From: a virus | Taxonomy: Duplodnaviria; Caudoviricetes | Strand: one strand, 5' to 3' | DNA: 64,000 nucleotides | IMG/VR virus record: IMGVR_UViG_3300010429_001696 | Span: 129,755 to 193,754 of that record | Shown: in pieces, positions 1-10,190 of the stretch | Layout of the letters: the number at the start of each line of letters is the position of its first letter | Numbering within the stretch: position 1 is the first letter of the stretch | Notes under the pieces: generated by a model | Seen by the model: the letters and a program-made list of their open reading frames with translations, nothing else | Databases searched by the model: none | What the model was told of the DNA's origin: nothing | Position numbers and translations under genes: made by a program

Positions 1-125
1 AGAAGATGTTCTTTCATTTGTAGAAATTACTGTTAATAATGGCTCTGATATAGCTGAAGCTTTAGCCGATATGCGAATGATAGATGCCCTTCTTTCGGAA
101 TTATTAACTTAAAAACAAACATAAA

Positions 126-254
126 ATGTCAGAAATAAAACAAACAGCAGTAGAATGGTTCTACGATAAAATTAAAAGCCACTTTGAACATGATGGCGAT
201 TTATTGGAAACGCTAACATTTACAATGGCAATAACGGGCTCATACATCAAGTAA
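126..254 (+). CDS. small hypothetical protein (42 aa, MSEIKQTAVEWFY...)
   Basis: Hand-translated ORF below the track cutoff; the KQTAVEW start resembles small proteins of Bacteroidota phages (recalled, not searched). Confidence 0.5.
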   Translation: MSEIKQTAVEWFYDKIKSHFEHDGDLLETLTFTMAITGSYIK

Positions 255-581
255 CAGATGATGAATTTATGATAACAAAACTTGGTAAAGAATTCGCTAA
301 ACACGACCACGTTATAGACGAGCTGAAAGCAGCCAAAGGAGTGTATGTTTGTGGCACATGTGGTCAAAAAATGGATATTAAATGAAATTAAATTTAAAAA
401 ATATGAAAGATTTAAAAAAGAAAGAAAAGTTCAATATTTTTCTATGGAGCATCTTTGATAGAAAGAAATATCTGGAATATGATAAATTTTTGAAACTTGG
501 ATTAACAAAAAGAGCTGTATATTTTCATGTGAAAAATAGTATAAAATAAAATATTATTAACTTGTAAAAACTAAAAAAACT

Positions 582-1058
582 ATGAAAGACAAATCTAATC
601 TTATGACAGCCATATCCTTGGCTATTATTATCCTAATGACACTTCTTTTCACATCTTGCTCCAAAGAGCACGAGTGGAATTTCTCTGGTCAATGGGCTGG
701 TGGACCAGACCTATTCGATGTAAAAAATATGGTTTATACTGGATATTTTTCGGATACCACAACGGTTATGAGAACAATAAAAGGAGTAAATGATCATATT
801 GAAATTATTATGTATGGAGCACCAAACATAAAAGTTGTTGCAAATCAGATAGATAATAAACTATATTGTAGTGATTATGAAGTTGAAACCAGCGCTATTA
901 CCTCGTGTCCTAAAACAAAAATAAAATATCACAATATTATTATGGAATTAAAAAATGATTCTTTAATAGAAACAGGTGAATATTCAGTTTGCTTTGATAA
1001 TGAAGTAATTTCATATAAAAACAATTTTTATATTGCAAAATTTATAAAAAGAAACTAA
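582..1058 (+). CDS. putative lipoprotein
   Basis: Hydrophobic N-terminus ending LLFTS-C followed by SKE (lipobox-like). Confidence 0.7.
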   Translation: MKDKSNLMTAISLAIIILMTLLFTSCSKEHEWNFSGQWAGGPDLFDVKNMVYTGYFSDTTTVMRTIKGVNDHIEIIMYGAPNIKVVANQIDNKLYCSDYEVETSAITSCPKTKIKYHNIIMELKNDSLIETGEYSVCFDNEVISYKNNFYIAKFIKRN

Positions 1059-1153
1059 ATATATAGATTGGGTTGTGAAGGGAATGTTAAAGCCATTATA
1101 AGTGATAGAAAACTACCTTTACAGATAGACCCAAATATTGCAATATTAAATGA

Positions 1154-1192
1154 GAAAAAAGAGAGCGAATAATCGATCTCTTTTTTCTTTTT
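1154..1192 (+). terminator. probable intrinsic terminator
   Basis: AAAAAAAGAGAGCGA-ATAA-TCGATCTCTTTTTT imperfect hairpin plus T-run after the 582..1058 gene. Confidence 0.5.
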
Positions 1193-1212
1193 TTCATTTT
1201 TAATGATTATCT

Positions 1213-1674
1213 TTGTTGGATATGATCAATAATATTGGAACAGCAAAACTCGATGGAAAATATTATGAGTTCAATATAATCGAGCTCTTAGACTTTATAA
1301 TGGACACTGGTTACAAAACCAGATCTATGAAAGTCAGTGATTTAATAGGATATACTTTCGATGATGATTTGACGAACTCGTATGTTAAAGATGAAAATAC
1401 AAATGATGAATGGGTTTTGTTTAAAAATTTATCTCTCGAACACAAAATAGCCATTGTTGAAGAAAAAGAGAATAGAATAAATAATTCTAGTCTGGAATAT
1501 CCAATCATAGTTATATTGAATAGCGAAGGAATTTATTTTGTTGTTGATGGAAATCACAGGCTGAAAAAAGCTTCAAGACTTGGAGTGAAGGAAATAGAAA
1601 CATATTTATTAACAGAAAATGAAATTTTAAAAGCCTTTGAAAATAAAGAACTTAGAAAAATTGAAAAAAAATGA
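1213..1674 (+). CDS. ParB/Srx-like domain protein
   Basis: YPIIV...VVDGNHRLKKA motif typical of ParB N-terminal domains. Confidence 0.7.
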   Translation: MLDMINNIGTAKLDGKYYEFNIIELLDFIMDTGYKTRSMKVSDLIGYTFDDDLTNSYVKDENTNDEWVLFKNLSLEHKIAIVEEKENRINNSSLEYPIIVILNSEGIYFVVDGNHRLKKASRLGVKEIETYLLTENEILKAFENKELRKIEKK

Positions 1675-1907
1675 AAACGAAATTATTGCACAAAATAAGA
1701 AAAGATATTAGAATTACTGATTATAAATACGGATTTTATGGTTATGAAATGTATTATAATTTCAAATGGATAAGACAAGGATCATTTCATTTTTTATCAG
1801 ATATATTGAAAGAAGTTCATTATATAATGAGACATCGAATGAAAAGACATAGCTTCGCTTTAAGATCTTTGGAAAAGGCGAAGATTAAAATTCGTTTGAA
1901 ATTATAA
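1671..1907 (+). CDS. hypothetical protein
   Basis: ATGA overlap with the upstream gene. Confidence 0.6.
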   Translation: MKTKLLHKIRKDIRITDYKYGFYGYEMYYNFKWIRQGSFHFLSDILKEVHYIMRHRMKRHSFALRSLEKAKIKIRLKL

Positions 1908-1949
1908 AAAGTTCTATTTAAAAAAAATCTTAAATAGAACTTTTTTTTT
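1908..1949 (+). terminator. intrinsic terminator (possibly bidirectional)
   Basis: AAAGTTCTATTTAA...TTAAATAGAACTTT inverted repeat followed by a T-run. Confidence 0.6.
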
Positions 1950-1978
1950 AAATTTTTGATATTTTATATTTAATATAT

Positions 1979-2299
1979 ATGAAAAAAATGAAAAAAAGGT
2001 TCAACAATTTCGAAGATTATGTCAAAGAATGTAAAGATTCGAAAAAGAAAAAAGGAAAAAAAGAGATGAAAAAAATCATCGAATCAATGGAGTTCGATGA
2101 TAAGCTCTATGAAAAATGGAGCAAAAAAGTGAAGGTTAAAAAAACTGGCGAGCACTCTGAAAAAACTATTAAAGACATAAAGAAACAGATGAATAAATTA
2201 AAAGGTAAAACTCCTTTTGATAGAGAAAAATATTCAGAGCTTCTTTTTGCTTTAAGAGCCAAACAAGGCTGGAAAAAAGGCGATGGAGCTACAGAGTAA
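1979..2299 (+). CDS. basic hypothetical protein with capsid-targeting-like N-terminus
   Basis: FNNFEDYVKE motif; preceded by AATATATA. Confidence 0.65.
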   Translation: MKKMKKRFNNFEDYVKECKDSKKKKGKKEMKKIIESMEFDDKLYEKWSKKVKVKKTGEHSEKTIKDIKKQMNKLKGKTPFDREKYSELLFALRAKQGWKKGDGATE

Positions 2300-2300
2300 A

Positions 2301-3017
2301 TTAAAATTTTAAATTATTGAATTTATTTTTTATTTGAGCGTAAACATGATCATCGACGAGTAACGCATTTGAATCTGTCCAACCACAATTTTGTTCTTTT
2401 TTTAAATCATACAACTCATTTACTTTCAATAATTTAATATCATTATCGATTGGATTGAAATAAAGATCTAAAATCTCTAAAAGACTTATATTTCTTTTAT
2501 CCATATCCATTTTTATTTGTTTCATTATAGATCCTTCCTCTTCAGTAATATCATTAACATTTTTATTTTTTAAAAAGTCGCTTAGCTCGTTTATGCAATT
2601 TATTGTAACATTATAATCAAATTTTTTATGAAAATTTTTATCATAACATTGAGTTATAGCTTTTGTGAAAATTTGTGGTGTCGGATCAGAAAAAGGATAA
2701 GAATCTTTATGTGGATTAAAAATTTTTGTTAAATTCGGCATATTATTTCCGAGTAGCCCTTTGGATACAGCGACTTTTGCTCCATCATAAGGTATGACAT
2801 AAAATGTTTTGCCATAGAAATCTCCTAGCCATTTTTTAATAGTGAAATCAATTGATCTATATTTATTTGGATAACCTAATTTTTTCCAAGTTTCAGATTG
2901 ATCAATAACGTGAATCATTATATACAAATTAAATTCATATGGCAATCTAACTTCGTGTTTTGAAGATTCCACAAAATGAAAATCTCCATTTACTCCTTTC
3001 ATCCCTCTGGTCGCCAA
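2301..3017 (-). CDS. hypothetical protein
   Basis: 238-aa ORF, probably extending further 5' (true start uncertain). Confidence 0.6.
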   Translation of the reverse strand: MATRGMKGVNGDFHFVESSKHEVRLPYEFNLYIMIHVIDQSETWKKLGYPNKYRSIDFTIKKWLGDFYGKTFYVIPYDGAKVAVSKGLLGNNMPNLTKIFNPHKDSYPFSDPTPQIFTKAITQCYDKNFHKKFDYNVTINCINELSDFLKNKNVNDITEEEGSIMKQIKMDMDKRNISLLEILDLYFNPIDNDIKLLKVNELYDLKKEQNCGWTDSNALLVDDHVYAQIKNKFNNLKF

Positions 3018-3210
3018 TCAAATTCTTTACAATTTTTTTTATATAATTCAAAAAATTCATCGACATTCAATTCCTTTGTATAAAAAGAATAATCTGGTTT
3101 GTCATAAACATTGGCTTCATTTATAAATCTTTTAAATGTTTTCATATTTTAATTTTTTTTTTTTGATATTTTATATTTAATATATATAAAAAAAAATTAA
3201 AACAATTTTT

Positions 3211-5238
3211 ATGAAACTTAAAAATATCACATCGTTCAATGAATTTATTTTCGAAGCTAACGACATACCAGAAGAATTTTCAAATAAAACAAAATTTTCA
3301 GAATCTCTTGTGGGTAGAGGAATTTTCTCTTTATTGAGGTATTTAAAGCAGGGTATCGATGCTCTGAGATTAGAATATTTAAAGCAAAAACTTGAAAATG
3401 AATATTTTGCTGGTGTTTTGAGATTTTGTGCTGTTAAAGAAATAGATTTAAAAACAGGATCAACACCAACAAAAGATAGTGGTGGTGGCGGCGGCGGTGG
3501 AGCATCGACTAATATAAAATATAAATGTGAATTATTGAATGTTGATTATACAGATACATCAAATACATTACAAGATATAATAAAATATGTTGATGATTTT
3601 TTTGTCTCAGTTCCAACTGGTGTGACACCAGGTTTTTTTACTCCTGAAGAAGAAGAAGTGTTAAATGAGATGAAGCGCGACAAAACAACAGGTGATTATA
3701 AAATAAAAGTAAACGCGATTTTCAAAGATTTAAATGACACTTATGTGCCAAATGCTGAAACAGGATCAGATTTCACAACAGAAGAAGCAGCTATAAACAA
3801 ACATTTAGATGACATTAAGGCTTATCTGGATTGGATAAAAACAAATGATATTTGTCCAACTTATAAATTAACAGATAATGAAAAAGAAGTCATAAATAAA
3901 ATGAACAAATGTAATAATGTTGAAGTCAAGAAAAGATGTGATGATATAATAACAAAAATAAATGAGTCATTTTATTTTCATTATGATAAAAAAGAAAACT
4001 ATTTAATTAATGAAAAATTATCTGGTAAAATAAGTAGTCTTACCATAGAACAAATTTTAGGGGATTGTTTGGCTACAAACTCTAAAAATATTTCAAAAGT
4101 CAATTTAAGAGAATATTTAGCAAAACAAGATATCCATAAAGTTGAAGATATAGCTTGGGATGCTTTAACCACTGTGTGGTCGAAAAATGAATCATATCAA
4201 AAGGAAGCCACGTCTTACATTAATAAAGAATCCGTTGTTAATATTCAATATGCTGCTTCTAGATTTATTTATAGAATAAAAAAGACCCCAACTTATCAAG
4301 GTATAACTCCTTCTAGCGGGGGCAAGACGTTATGGGATGAAGATTCTAGTTTAAAACATGTGTGGGAGAAAAAAGTTCAAAGTGTTAGGAGTAATTGGCA
4401 ATATTTCTTTATTATGAGCGAAGTGGATCCATTTGTAATACTAAATTATCAGGATGCTCTTAGAAAAAGAGATAGTGCTCTAGATGGTTATAAAAAGGGA
4501 GTGGAGACTTTTACGAGAGATGTGGTAATTACATCAGAATATAGCTCATATGGATTAAAATTAGTAGGGGAGTGTCCAAAACCACCAAATCTTGGACAAA
4601 ACCAACAAGTGTTAGCGTCCGTGTCAATGTCCAATAAGATTTATTATTTAGTTTTTGAATTAAACGCTAATGTCGGTCAAGGCCTTACAGCATATAAATA
4701 TATTGGTAATATAAATCTCGATAAATTGAAAGATGATAAAATAACTGATCATTCTAAATTCAAAGAATATGGTTTTCAATATCCACCAAAAGCAGGAGGG
4801 AAACCAGCAACCGAGATATATAATCAAGAAATTAATAAAGATTTGGGAATAAATCATACAATAACGGAACGAACATTAAGCGGAATTTATTTTCTTGCAC
4901 CAGGTATGGATAGAATAAAAACTGGTAGTGTTAATGAAATTAGAATAGTTTTAGAATATGATCGAAATTCTACTACTGCATATGAACTCGCTAATCACCC
5001 GCCACAATTATCTGTTAAGGTGTTAAAAAATCAACGAGCAAAAGACATAACTCCAAGTAACGGGGTGTTCGATATATCATATAAGACTTTGTATAATAAT
5101 AGCACAACAACAATGATGTTTAACCATTTCGCAACTTTTGAATCTAATAATATAGATGAATTTTTTGATAAATTTACAGTATCTAAATCAAAATGGATAA
5201 TTGATGGTGATCATATGCGTTTTTACAAATTTACATAA
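3211..5238 (+). CDS. large hypothetical protein, putative head-internal protein
   Basis: 675 aa; N-terminal ITSFNEFIFE, internal INE/LINE sites, Gly-run linker. Confidence 0.75.
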   Translation: MKLKNITSFNEFIFEANDIPEEFSNKTKFSESLVGRGIFSLLRYLKQGIDALRLEYLKQKLENEYFAGVLRFCAVKEIDLKTGSTPTKDSGGGGGGGASTNIKYKCELLNVDYTDTSNTLQDIIKYVDDFFVSVPTGVTPGFFTPEEEEVLNEMKRDKTTGDYKIKVNAIFKDLNDTYVPNAETGSDFTTEEAAINKHLDDIKAYLDWIKTNDICPTYKLTDNEKEVINKMNKCNNVEVKKRCDDIITKINESFYFHYDKKENYLINEKLSGKISSLTIEQILGDCLATNSKNISKVNLREYLAKQDIHKVEDIAWDALTTVWSKNESYQKEATSYINKESVVNIQYAASRFIYRIKKTPTYQGITPSSGGKTLWDEDSSLKHVWEKKVQSVRSNWQYFFIMSEVDPFVILNYQDALRKRDSALDGYKKGVETFTRDVVITSEYSSYGLKLVGECPKPPNLGQNQQVLASVSMSNKIYYLVFELNANVGQGLTAYKYIGNINLDKLKDDKITDHSKFKEYGFQYPPKAGGKPATEIYNQEINKDLGINHTITERTLSGIYFLAPGMDRIKTGSVNEIRIVLEYDRNSTTAYELANHPPQLSVKVLKNQRAKDITPSNGVFDISYKTLYNNSTTTMMFNHFATFESNNIDEFFDKFTVSKSKWIIDGDHMRFYKFT

Positions 5239-5256
5239 AAAAAATAAATATAAAAA

Positions 5257-5931
5257 ATGATAAAATTTTCTGAATTTATAAGAATATACGAAGAGGTTAC
5301 TAATCCTCCTGCTCCACCTGCTCCACCTGCTCCGAAAATTCCTAATTATTTTAATAGATATATTAAGTTAAATGATCTAAAATCTAAGATTAGTGGTGGA
5401 GGAAGTGGTGGAGGAAGTGGCGAGGGTCAGTGTATCACAATAGAAGATATGAATGGAGTTACTTATAATTTAAATTTCTCCGGTTCATATACACATGGTT
5501 TGAATAATTATAAGATAAAGAGCAGTGATGATGCAGTAAATAAATATTTTATTCCACAATATGGATTGAAAGACGTTGACAGAGTCTTACGAATTATACC
5601 CAAATGGGAAAATGGAATGAAAAATGATCGAAATTCTAAACTTTTGACAGATTATAGTGGTCAAACGTACTCTGGTAATACAGACTATCAGTTCATAAAT
5701 CAATTTATATCAACTAATAGAAAAGTGTTGAAAAATAAAAGGATATCGGACATAAGTAGTAGTTATAAAACACATAATTGGAAAATAAAAACTCAGAATG
5801 GTTATGTTTCAGCTTCTCAAGTAAAACAGGGAGATACTATATCATTTATAAGGGTTGATAATAAAAATATTTTTACTCCGCGAGTAAAAGTGCAGTCCAT
5901 AGATTTACATGCTCCTGCTCCGACTCCATAA
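5257..5931 (+). CDS. hypothetical protein, putative head-internal protein
   Basis: MIKFSEFIRIYEE start, PPA and GGGS linkers. Confidence 0.7.
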   Translation: MIKFSEFIRIYEEVTNPPAPPAPPAPKIPNYFNRYIKLNDLKSKISGGGSGGGSGEGQCITIEDMNGVTYNLNFSGSYTHGLNNYKIKSSDDAVNKYFIPQYGLKDVDRVLRIIPKWENGMKNDRNSKLLTDYSGQTYSGNTDYQFINQFISTNRKVLKNKRISDISSSYKTHNWKIKTQNGYVSASQVKQGDTISFIRVDNKNIFTPRVKVQSIDLHAPAPTP

Positions 5932-5944
5932 AAAATTAGATGTT

Positions 5945-6376
5945 ATGATAAAATTTAGTCAGATAAATGAGAATAATAAAATTGAAAAAGTTTTTTTGGG
6001 TGGAACTTGTAATGAGTCGTCTTGGAGAGATAAATTAATAAAGAAATTAAAAATTGATTATTTTAATCCAGTTGTTGATGATTGGGATGAGAAAGCATAT
6101 AAAGAAGAGCTCAGACAAAGAGAAATATGTGATTATTTATTATATGTCATAACTCCAAGAATGACAGGTGTTTATAGTATAGCTGAAGTCGTAGATGATT
6201 CAAATAAAAATCCAGATAAAACTATTTTTTGTTTTTTGTTGAGTGATGATAATTATACTTTTGATGAAGTCCAAATGAAATCATTAAAGGCTGTTGAAAA
6301 AATGGTAAATAAAAATGGTGGAAAAACTTTTAAAAGCCTGAATGATATAGCTGATTATTTAAACGAGCAAAAATAA
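5945..6376 (+). CDS. nucleoside 2-deoxyribosyltransferase-like protein
   Basis: KVFLGGTCNESSWR...YFNPVVDDW...YSIAEVVD pattern; start moved to MIKFSQINE at 5945. Confidence 0.75.
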   Translation: MIKFSQINENNKIEKVFLGGTCNESSWRDKLIKKLKIDYFNPVVDDWDEKAYKEELRQREICDYLLYVITPRMTGVYSIAEVVDDSNKNPDKTIFCFLLSDDNYTFDEVQMKSLKAVEKMVNKNGGKTFKSLNDIADYLNEQK

Positions 6377-6387
6377 GAAACGAATGA

Positions 6388-7110
6388 ATGATTTATTTGA
6401 AACTATATGAACAATTTAATCTAGATGAAGATGATCCTTGGGGTGAGGACGCACCAAGAAAATACACATTTAGTGAGTGGTTTAGAGATAAATATGGAAA
6501 TAGAGATCTTGAAGATGAAGAATATGACGATCTTGAAGATCCGCTAACCATAAAGGTAATTAATTGTTATAATAATTCTCTGACCAGTCTTGGGGGAGTA
6601 GAGAACTTGATAAATCTTAAAGAGTTACATTGCTTTAATAATTCTCTTGTTAGTCTCGATGGAATAGAAAACTTGATAAATCTTGAATGGTTAAATTGTT
6701 CTTATAATTCTCTGACCAGTCTTGGGGGAGTAGAGAACTTGATAAATCTTAAAGGGTTATATTGTTCTAATAATTCTCTAACCAGTCTTGGGGGAGTAGA
6801 GAACTTGATAAATCTTAAAGTGTTATATTGTTCTAATAATTCTCTGACCAGTCTTGGGGGAGTAGAGAACCTGATAAACCTCAAAGAGTTATCTTGTTAT
6901 AATAATTCTCTGACCAGTCTTGGGGGAGTAGAGAACTTGATAAATCTTGAAAGGTTATCTTGTTATAATAATTCTCTGACCAGTCTTGAGGGAGTAGAGA
7001 ACCTGAGAAATCTTGAAAGGTTATCTTGTTATAATAATTCTTTTTCAGATGAATATAAAGAACACTTGAGAAATTATTGTAAAAAAAGAAATATAAGTTC
7101 GAATATATGA
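6388..7110 (+). CDS. leucine-rich repeat protein (22-aa LRRs, internalin/SDS22-like), copy 1
   Basis: About 8 LxxLxCxxNSLTSLxGVENL repeats; N-terminal LKLYEQF and DDPWGE tag. Confidence 0.9.
   Translation: MIYLKLYEQFNLDEDDPWGEDAPRKYTFSEWFRDKYGNRDLEDEEYDDLEDPLTIKVINCYNNSLTSLGGVENLINLKELHCFNNSLVSLDGIENLINLEWLNCSYNSLTSLGGVENLINLKGLYCSNNSLTSLGGVENLINLKVLYCSNNSLTSLGGVENLINLKELSCYNNSLTSLGGVENLINLERLSCYNNSLTSLEGVENLRNLERLSCYNNSFSDEYKEHLRNYCKKRNISSNI
6555..7040 (+). repeat. 66-bp tandem coding repeats (LRR units); second array about 7310-7660
   Basis: Recurrent aataattctctgaccagtcttgggggagtagagaacttgataaatctt. Confidence 0.9.
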
Positions 7111-7730
7111 ACCATTTGAAACTATATGAACAATTTAATCTAGATGAAGATGATCCTTGGGGTGAGGACGCACCAAGAAAATACACATTTAGTGAGTGGT
7201 TTAGAGATAAATATGGAAATAGAGATCTTGAAGATGAAGAAGATGACGATCTTGAAGATCTTGAAGATGAAGAATATGACGATCTTGAAGATCCGCTAAC
7301 CATAAAGGTAATTAATTGTTCTAATAATTCTCTGACCAGTCTTGAGGGAGTAGAGAACTTGATAAATCTTGAAAGGTTATCTTGTTATAATAATTCTCTG
7401 ACCAGTCTTGAGGGAGTAGAGAACCTGATAAACCTCAAAGAGTTATATTGTTATTATAATTCTCTTGTTAGTCTCGATGGAATAGAAAACTTGATAAATC
7501 TTAAAGAGTTACATTGCTTTAATAATTCTCTTGTTAGTCTCGATGGAATAGAAAACTTGATAAATCTTGAATGGTTAAATTGTTCTTATAATTCTCTGAC
7601 CAGTCTTGGGGGAGTAGAGAACTTGATAAATCTTAAAGGGTTATATTGTTCTAATAATTCTTTTTCAGATGAATATAAAAATTATTTAAGAAATTATTGT
7701 ATAGAAAAAAGTATTAAATATATTATATGA
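7107..7730 (+). CDS. leucine-rich repeat protein, copy 2
   Basis: About 6 LRRs; 5' region nearly identical to copy 1 at DNA level. Confidence 0.9.
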   Translation: MNHLKLYEQFNLDEDDPWGEDAPRKYTFSEWFRDKYGNRDLEDEEDDDLEDLEDEEYDDLEDPLTIKVINCSNNSLTSLEGVENLINLERLSCYNNSLTSLEGVENLINLKELYCYYNSLVSLDGIENLINLKELHCFNNSLVSLDGIENLINLEWLNCSYNSLTSLGGVENLINLKGLYCSNNSFSDEYKNYLRNYCIEKSIKYII

Positions 7731-8041
7731 ACCATTTGAAACTATATGAACAATTTAATAATGAAGACGATCCTTGGGGCGAGGAAAGGAAGCCATATAG
7801 AGGAGGAAAAATAGAAATCAGGGATAAAGTTATGCTCATAGATAGAAATGAGGCCAAAATTATACAACATGAAATAGGGTATTATTATTATGGTCAAACA
7901 GTTCTTGATACTGGTGATATTTTTGTGGTAAAGGGGATACATCCAGTATTGGTTCATGATAGACTTGTAAGGGGTTTAAATTTTAATAATAATTGGTCGC
8001 AGGACGTATTATATAACGAAAAAAAATTTAAAAAAATATAA
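7727..8041 (+). CDS. MNHLKLYEQF/DDPWGEE-tagged small protein
   Basis: Shares the N-terminal header of the LRR genes but has different cargo. Confidence 0.75.
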   Translation: MNHLKLYEQFNNEDDPWGEERKPYRGGKIEIRDKVMLIDRNEAKIIQHEIGYYYYGQTVLDTGDIFVVKGIHPVLVHDRLVRGLNFNNNWSQDVLYNEKKFKKI

Positions 8042-8047
8042 ATAAAA

Positions 8048-8464
8048 ATGAAACATTTAAAGAAATTTGATAATTGGATTAACGAGGAAATCATAACCGC
8101 CCAAGATTATAAAAACAAGCTTGAGTTGGATATGGAAACAGCAGAAGATGAAAAAAATATCAAAGATGAAGGAGATTTACAAAAACTTAGTAAATTGAAA
8201 ATCACAGATATACAGAGAAAAATGGAATTTTTAAATAAACAAAAAGCCGATATAAGTGGTGAGATTACAAAACTACAAAACATTCAAAGAGATATGATGC
8301 CAGACAATCCATCAGATCCAAATAATAAGGCAAATCAACAGAAATTTATTGAAGAGCAAAATCAAAAAATATTAGCCCAACAAAATAAGTTGAAGGCTTT
8401 TGATGATGAAATAAAATTATTGAAATCTGAAATAGATAGAAATAAAAAGAAGTATGGAGTTTAA
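8048..8464 (+). CDS. coiled-coil protein with capsid-targeting-like N-terminus
   Basis: MKHLKKFDNWINEE; heptad-rich. Confidence 0.7.
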   Translation: MKHLKKFDNWINEEIITAQDYKNKLELDMETAEDEKNIKDEGDLQKLSKLKITDIQRKMEFLNKQKADISGEITKLQNIQRDMMPDNPSDPNNKANQQKFIEEQNQKILAQQNKLKAFDDEIKLLKSEIDRNKKKYGV

Positions 8465-8760
8465 TTCTCCGAGAAAACCATATCAATTATTTTCTTTTGA
8501 TATGAATTAATATACATATCGTCCGTGACTCTAACAAATATTATATTCTTTTTTTCATCCTCATCTACGAATGATGATATGCCAGAAAATCTATAAAAAC
8601 AAGAATAAGCTATTTTTTTCATTTTATCTCCTTTAACCAAAACAACATTATCGTATCCATCTTCGTCCGTCCAATAGAATTCTATGCCCTTCTTTTCTAA
8701 GTAGAGTATAAGCTTTTCTACGAAAGGCTTCATTGATTCTATTTTTGCTTTATAGTCCAT
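8461..8760 (-). CDS. hypothetical protein
   Basis: ORF preceded by a TATCTTTG box. Confidence 0.65.
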   Translation of the reverse strand: MDYKAKIESMKPFVEKLILYLEKKGIEFYWTDEDGYDNVVLVKGDKMKKIAYSCFYRFSGISSFVDEDEKKNIIFVRVTDDMYINSYQKKIIDMVFSEN

Positions 8761-8768
8761 AATTGATA

Positions 8769-8776
8769 CAAAGATA
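8769..8776 (-). promoter_or_regulatory. Bacteroidota-type -7 promoter box (TAnnTTTG)
   Basis: TATCTTTG 8 nt upstream of the ATG at 8760; similar boxes on the minus strand near 23330, 24535 and 63033. Confidence 0.5.
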
Positions 8777-8810
8777 AGGCATATATATTAGAATGAAAAA
8801 TGGAATTTTA

Positions 8811-9707
8811 CTAAATTATAACTGAAAAGTTTGATATTTGTTTTTTTAAAATATCAATCAAGTAATTTTCATTTTTAGTATTTTTAAAAACAGATAAATT
8901 TATTTTTTCCATGTAAGGTTTTTTATCTATTATCAACTCATCAATAATATCGGATGCTTTCTGCAAATATTCTTTTGATATTTCGTGAAAAATAATTTCA
9001 TAATTTTGATAAAAATTTATCAATTCGTCTTTATTTTTAATTTTCTTCATGTTTAATTCATCTAAGAATATATTAGTATAATTAAACAAATCATCATAAT
9101 CAAATTTATTAATAAAATCCAAATGATTAAAATCTTTTAATTGTAGAAGAGCTTTATAAATATATGTTTTTTTATATTCTTCTATTAACTGTTGTTTGTC
9201 GTATGTTTTTAACCATCTTAACATGTCATATATCATATGATGTCTTGCTTCTTTTTCATGTTTTAAACTCAAATAAACTAAATGAATAAATTCCATATAT
9301 GGATTATTTCTAAAGTGATTTTTTAAATTGTTTATAGGACCGACATTTAAAAAACTATGAATATCATCGTCAGTTATTGCGTCATAAACATGTTTTAATT
9401 CATGGGATATAGAAGATATTAACTTATTATAATCCACTTGATTGTCTAATATAGTGATGTTTATTTCGATTTCATCTCCCAAAGAAGCTACATAAATAGC
9501 GTTACAATTTGATTCATAAGTTCCTATATTATTTTCATAGAAAAATATGTTAAGTTTAATATCATCGAAAACATCAGTTGATATCCTGAAAAAGTTATGG
9601 CCCAGATTTACTAAATTGACAATTTTTGAATAAATTATAGAAATCGTTTTCTTCAATTTATAATCAATATTTTCATTGACGAATTCGTTCCATTTTTTCA
9701 TATCCAT
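8811..9707 (-). CDS. putative zinc metalloprotease-like protein (HExxH)
   Basis: ISHELKHVYD plus downstream E-x-x-A; N-terminal KKWNEFVNE. Confidence 0.55.
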   Translation of the reverse strand: MDMKKWNEFVNENIDYKLKKTISIIYSKIVNLVNLGHNFFRISTDVFDDIKLNIFFYENNIGTYESNCNAIYVASLGDEIEINITILDNQVDYNKLISSISHELKHVYDAITDDDIHSFLNVGPINNLKNHFRNNPYMEFIHLVYLSLKHEKEARHHMIYDMLRWLKTYDKQQLIEEYKKTYIYKALLQLKDFNHLDFINKFDYDDLFNYTNIFLDELNMKKIKNKDELINFYQNYEIIFHEISKEYLQKASDIIDELIIDKKPYMEKINLSVFKNTKNENYLIDILKKQISNFSVII

Positions 9708-9743
9708 AAATATAAATATATCGCAAAAGATGAAATGTTTTAA

Positions 9744-10151
9744 TTAATCATCTTCGCCACATATCAATATTCTTTTCGGACAGTTGTCGATGATATTGTT
9801 CGAGCCGTGGTTAAATCCAGATCCAATATATTTAATTTGTTTTGTTGGCATTTCAGAAATTAAAAGTGGATACTCTGTTTGATATGCTTTGGCAACAGCA
9901 AAATTTGGATATTTTTCAATAAAATATTTTAACTCATTGAATTTTTTTTCTATCAAACTTTTTTTTGGTCTCCATCCTATGGCTGGATCACAATAATCCA
10001 ATTCGCTGATATCATAAACTCCATCTGACACATAATTTTTACTTTGAAGAACACTTCTCAGTAATTGATTGTATTCTCGAATTGATGCCCCTGGATCATC
10101 ATCAACTTGCTCGTTCAAACTAAATTGATTAAATTTGTTAATTTTTTTCAT
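9744..10151 (-). CDS. hypothetical protein with capsid-targeting-like N-terminus
   Basis: MKKINKFNQFSLNEQVDDDPG. Confidence 0.65.
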   Translation of the reverse strand: MKKINKFNQFSLNEQVDDDPGASIREYNQLLRSVLQSKNYVSDGVYDISELDYCDPAIGWRPKKSLIEKKFNELKYFIEKYPNFAVAKAYQTEYPLLISEMPTKQIKYIGSGFNHGSNNIIDNCPKRILICGEDD

Positions 10152-10190
10152 ATTTTTTGAATTATTTTTTATTTATATATTAAAAAAAAA

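Noticed and set aside
6555-7660. 66-bp repeats as a CRISPR array or DGR template/variable region
   Set aside because: Repeats are in-frame LRR units without unique spacers; differences are not adenine-specific and no reverse transcriptase is in the window.
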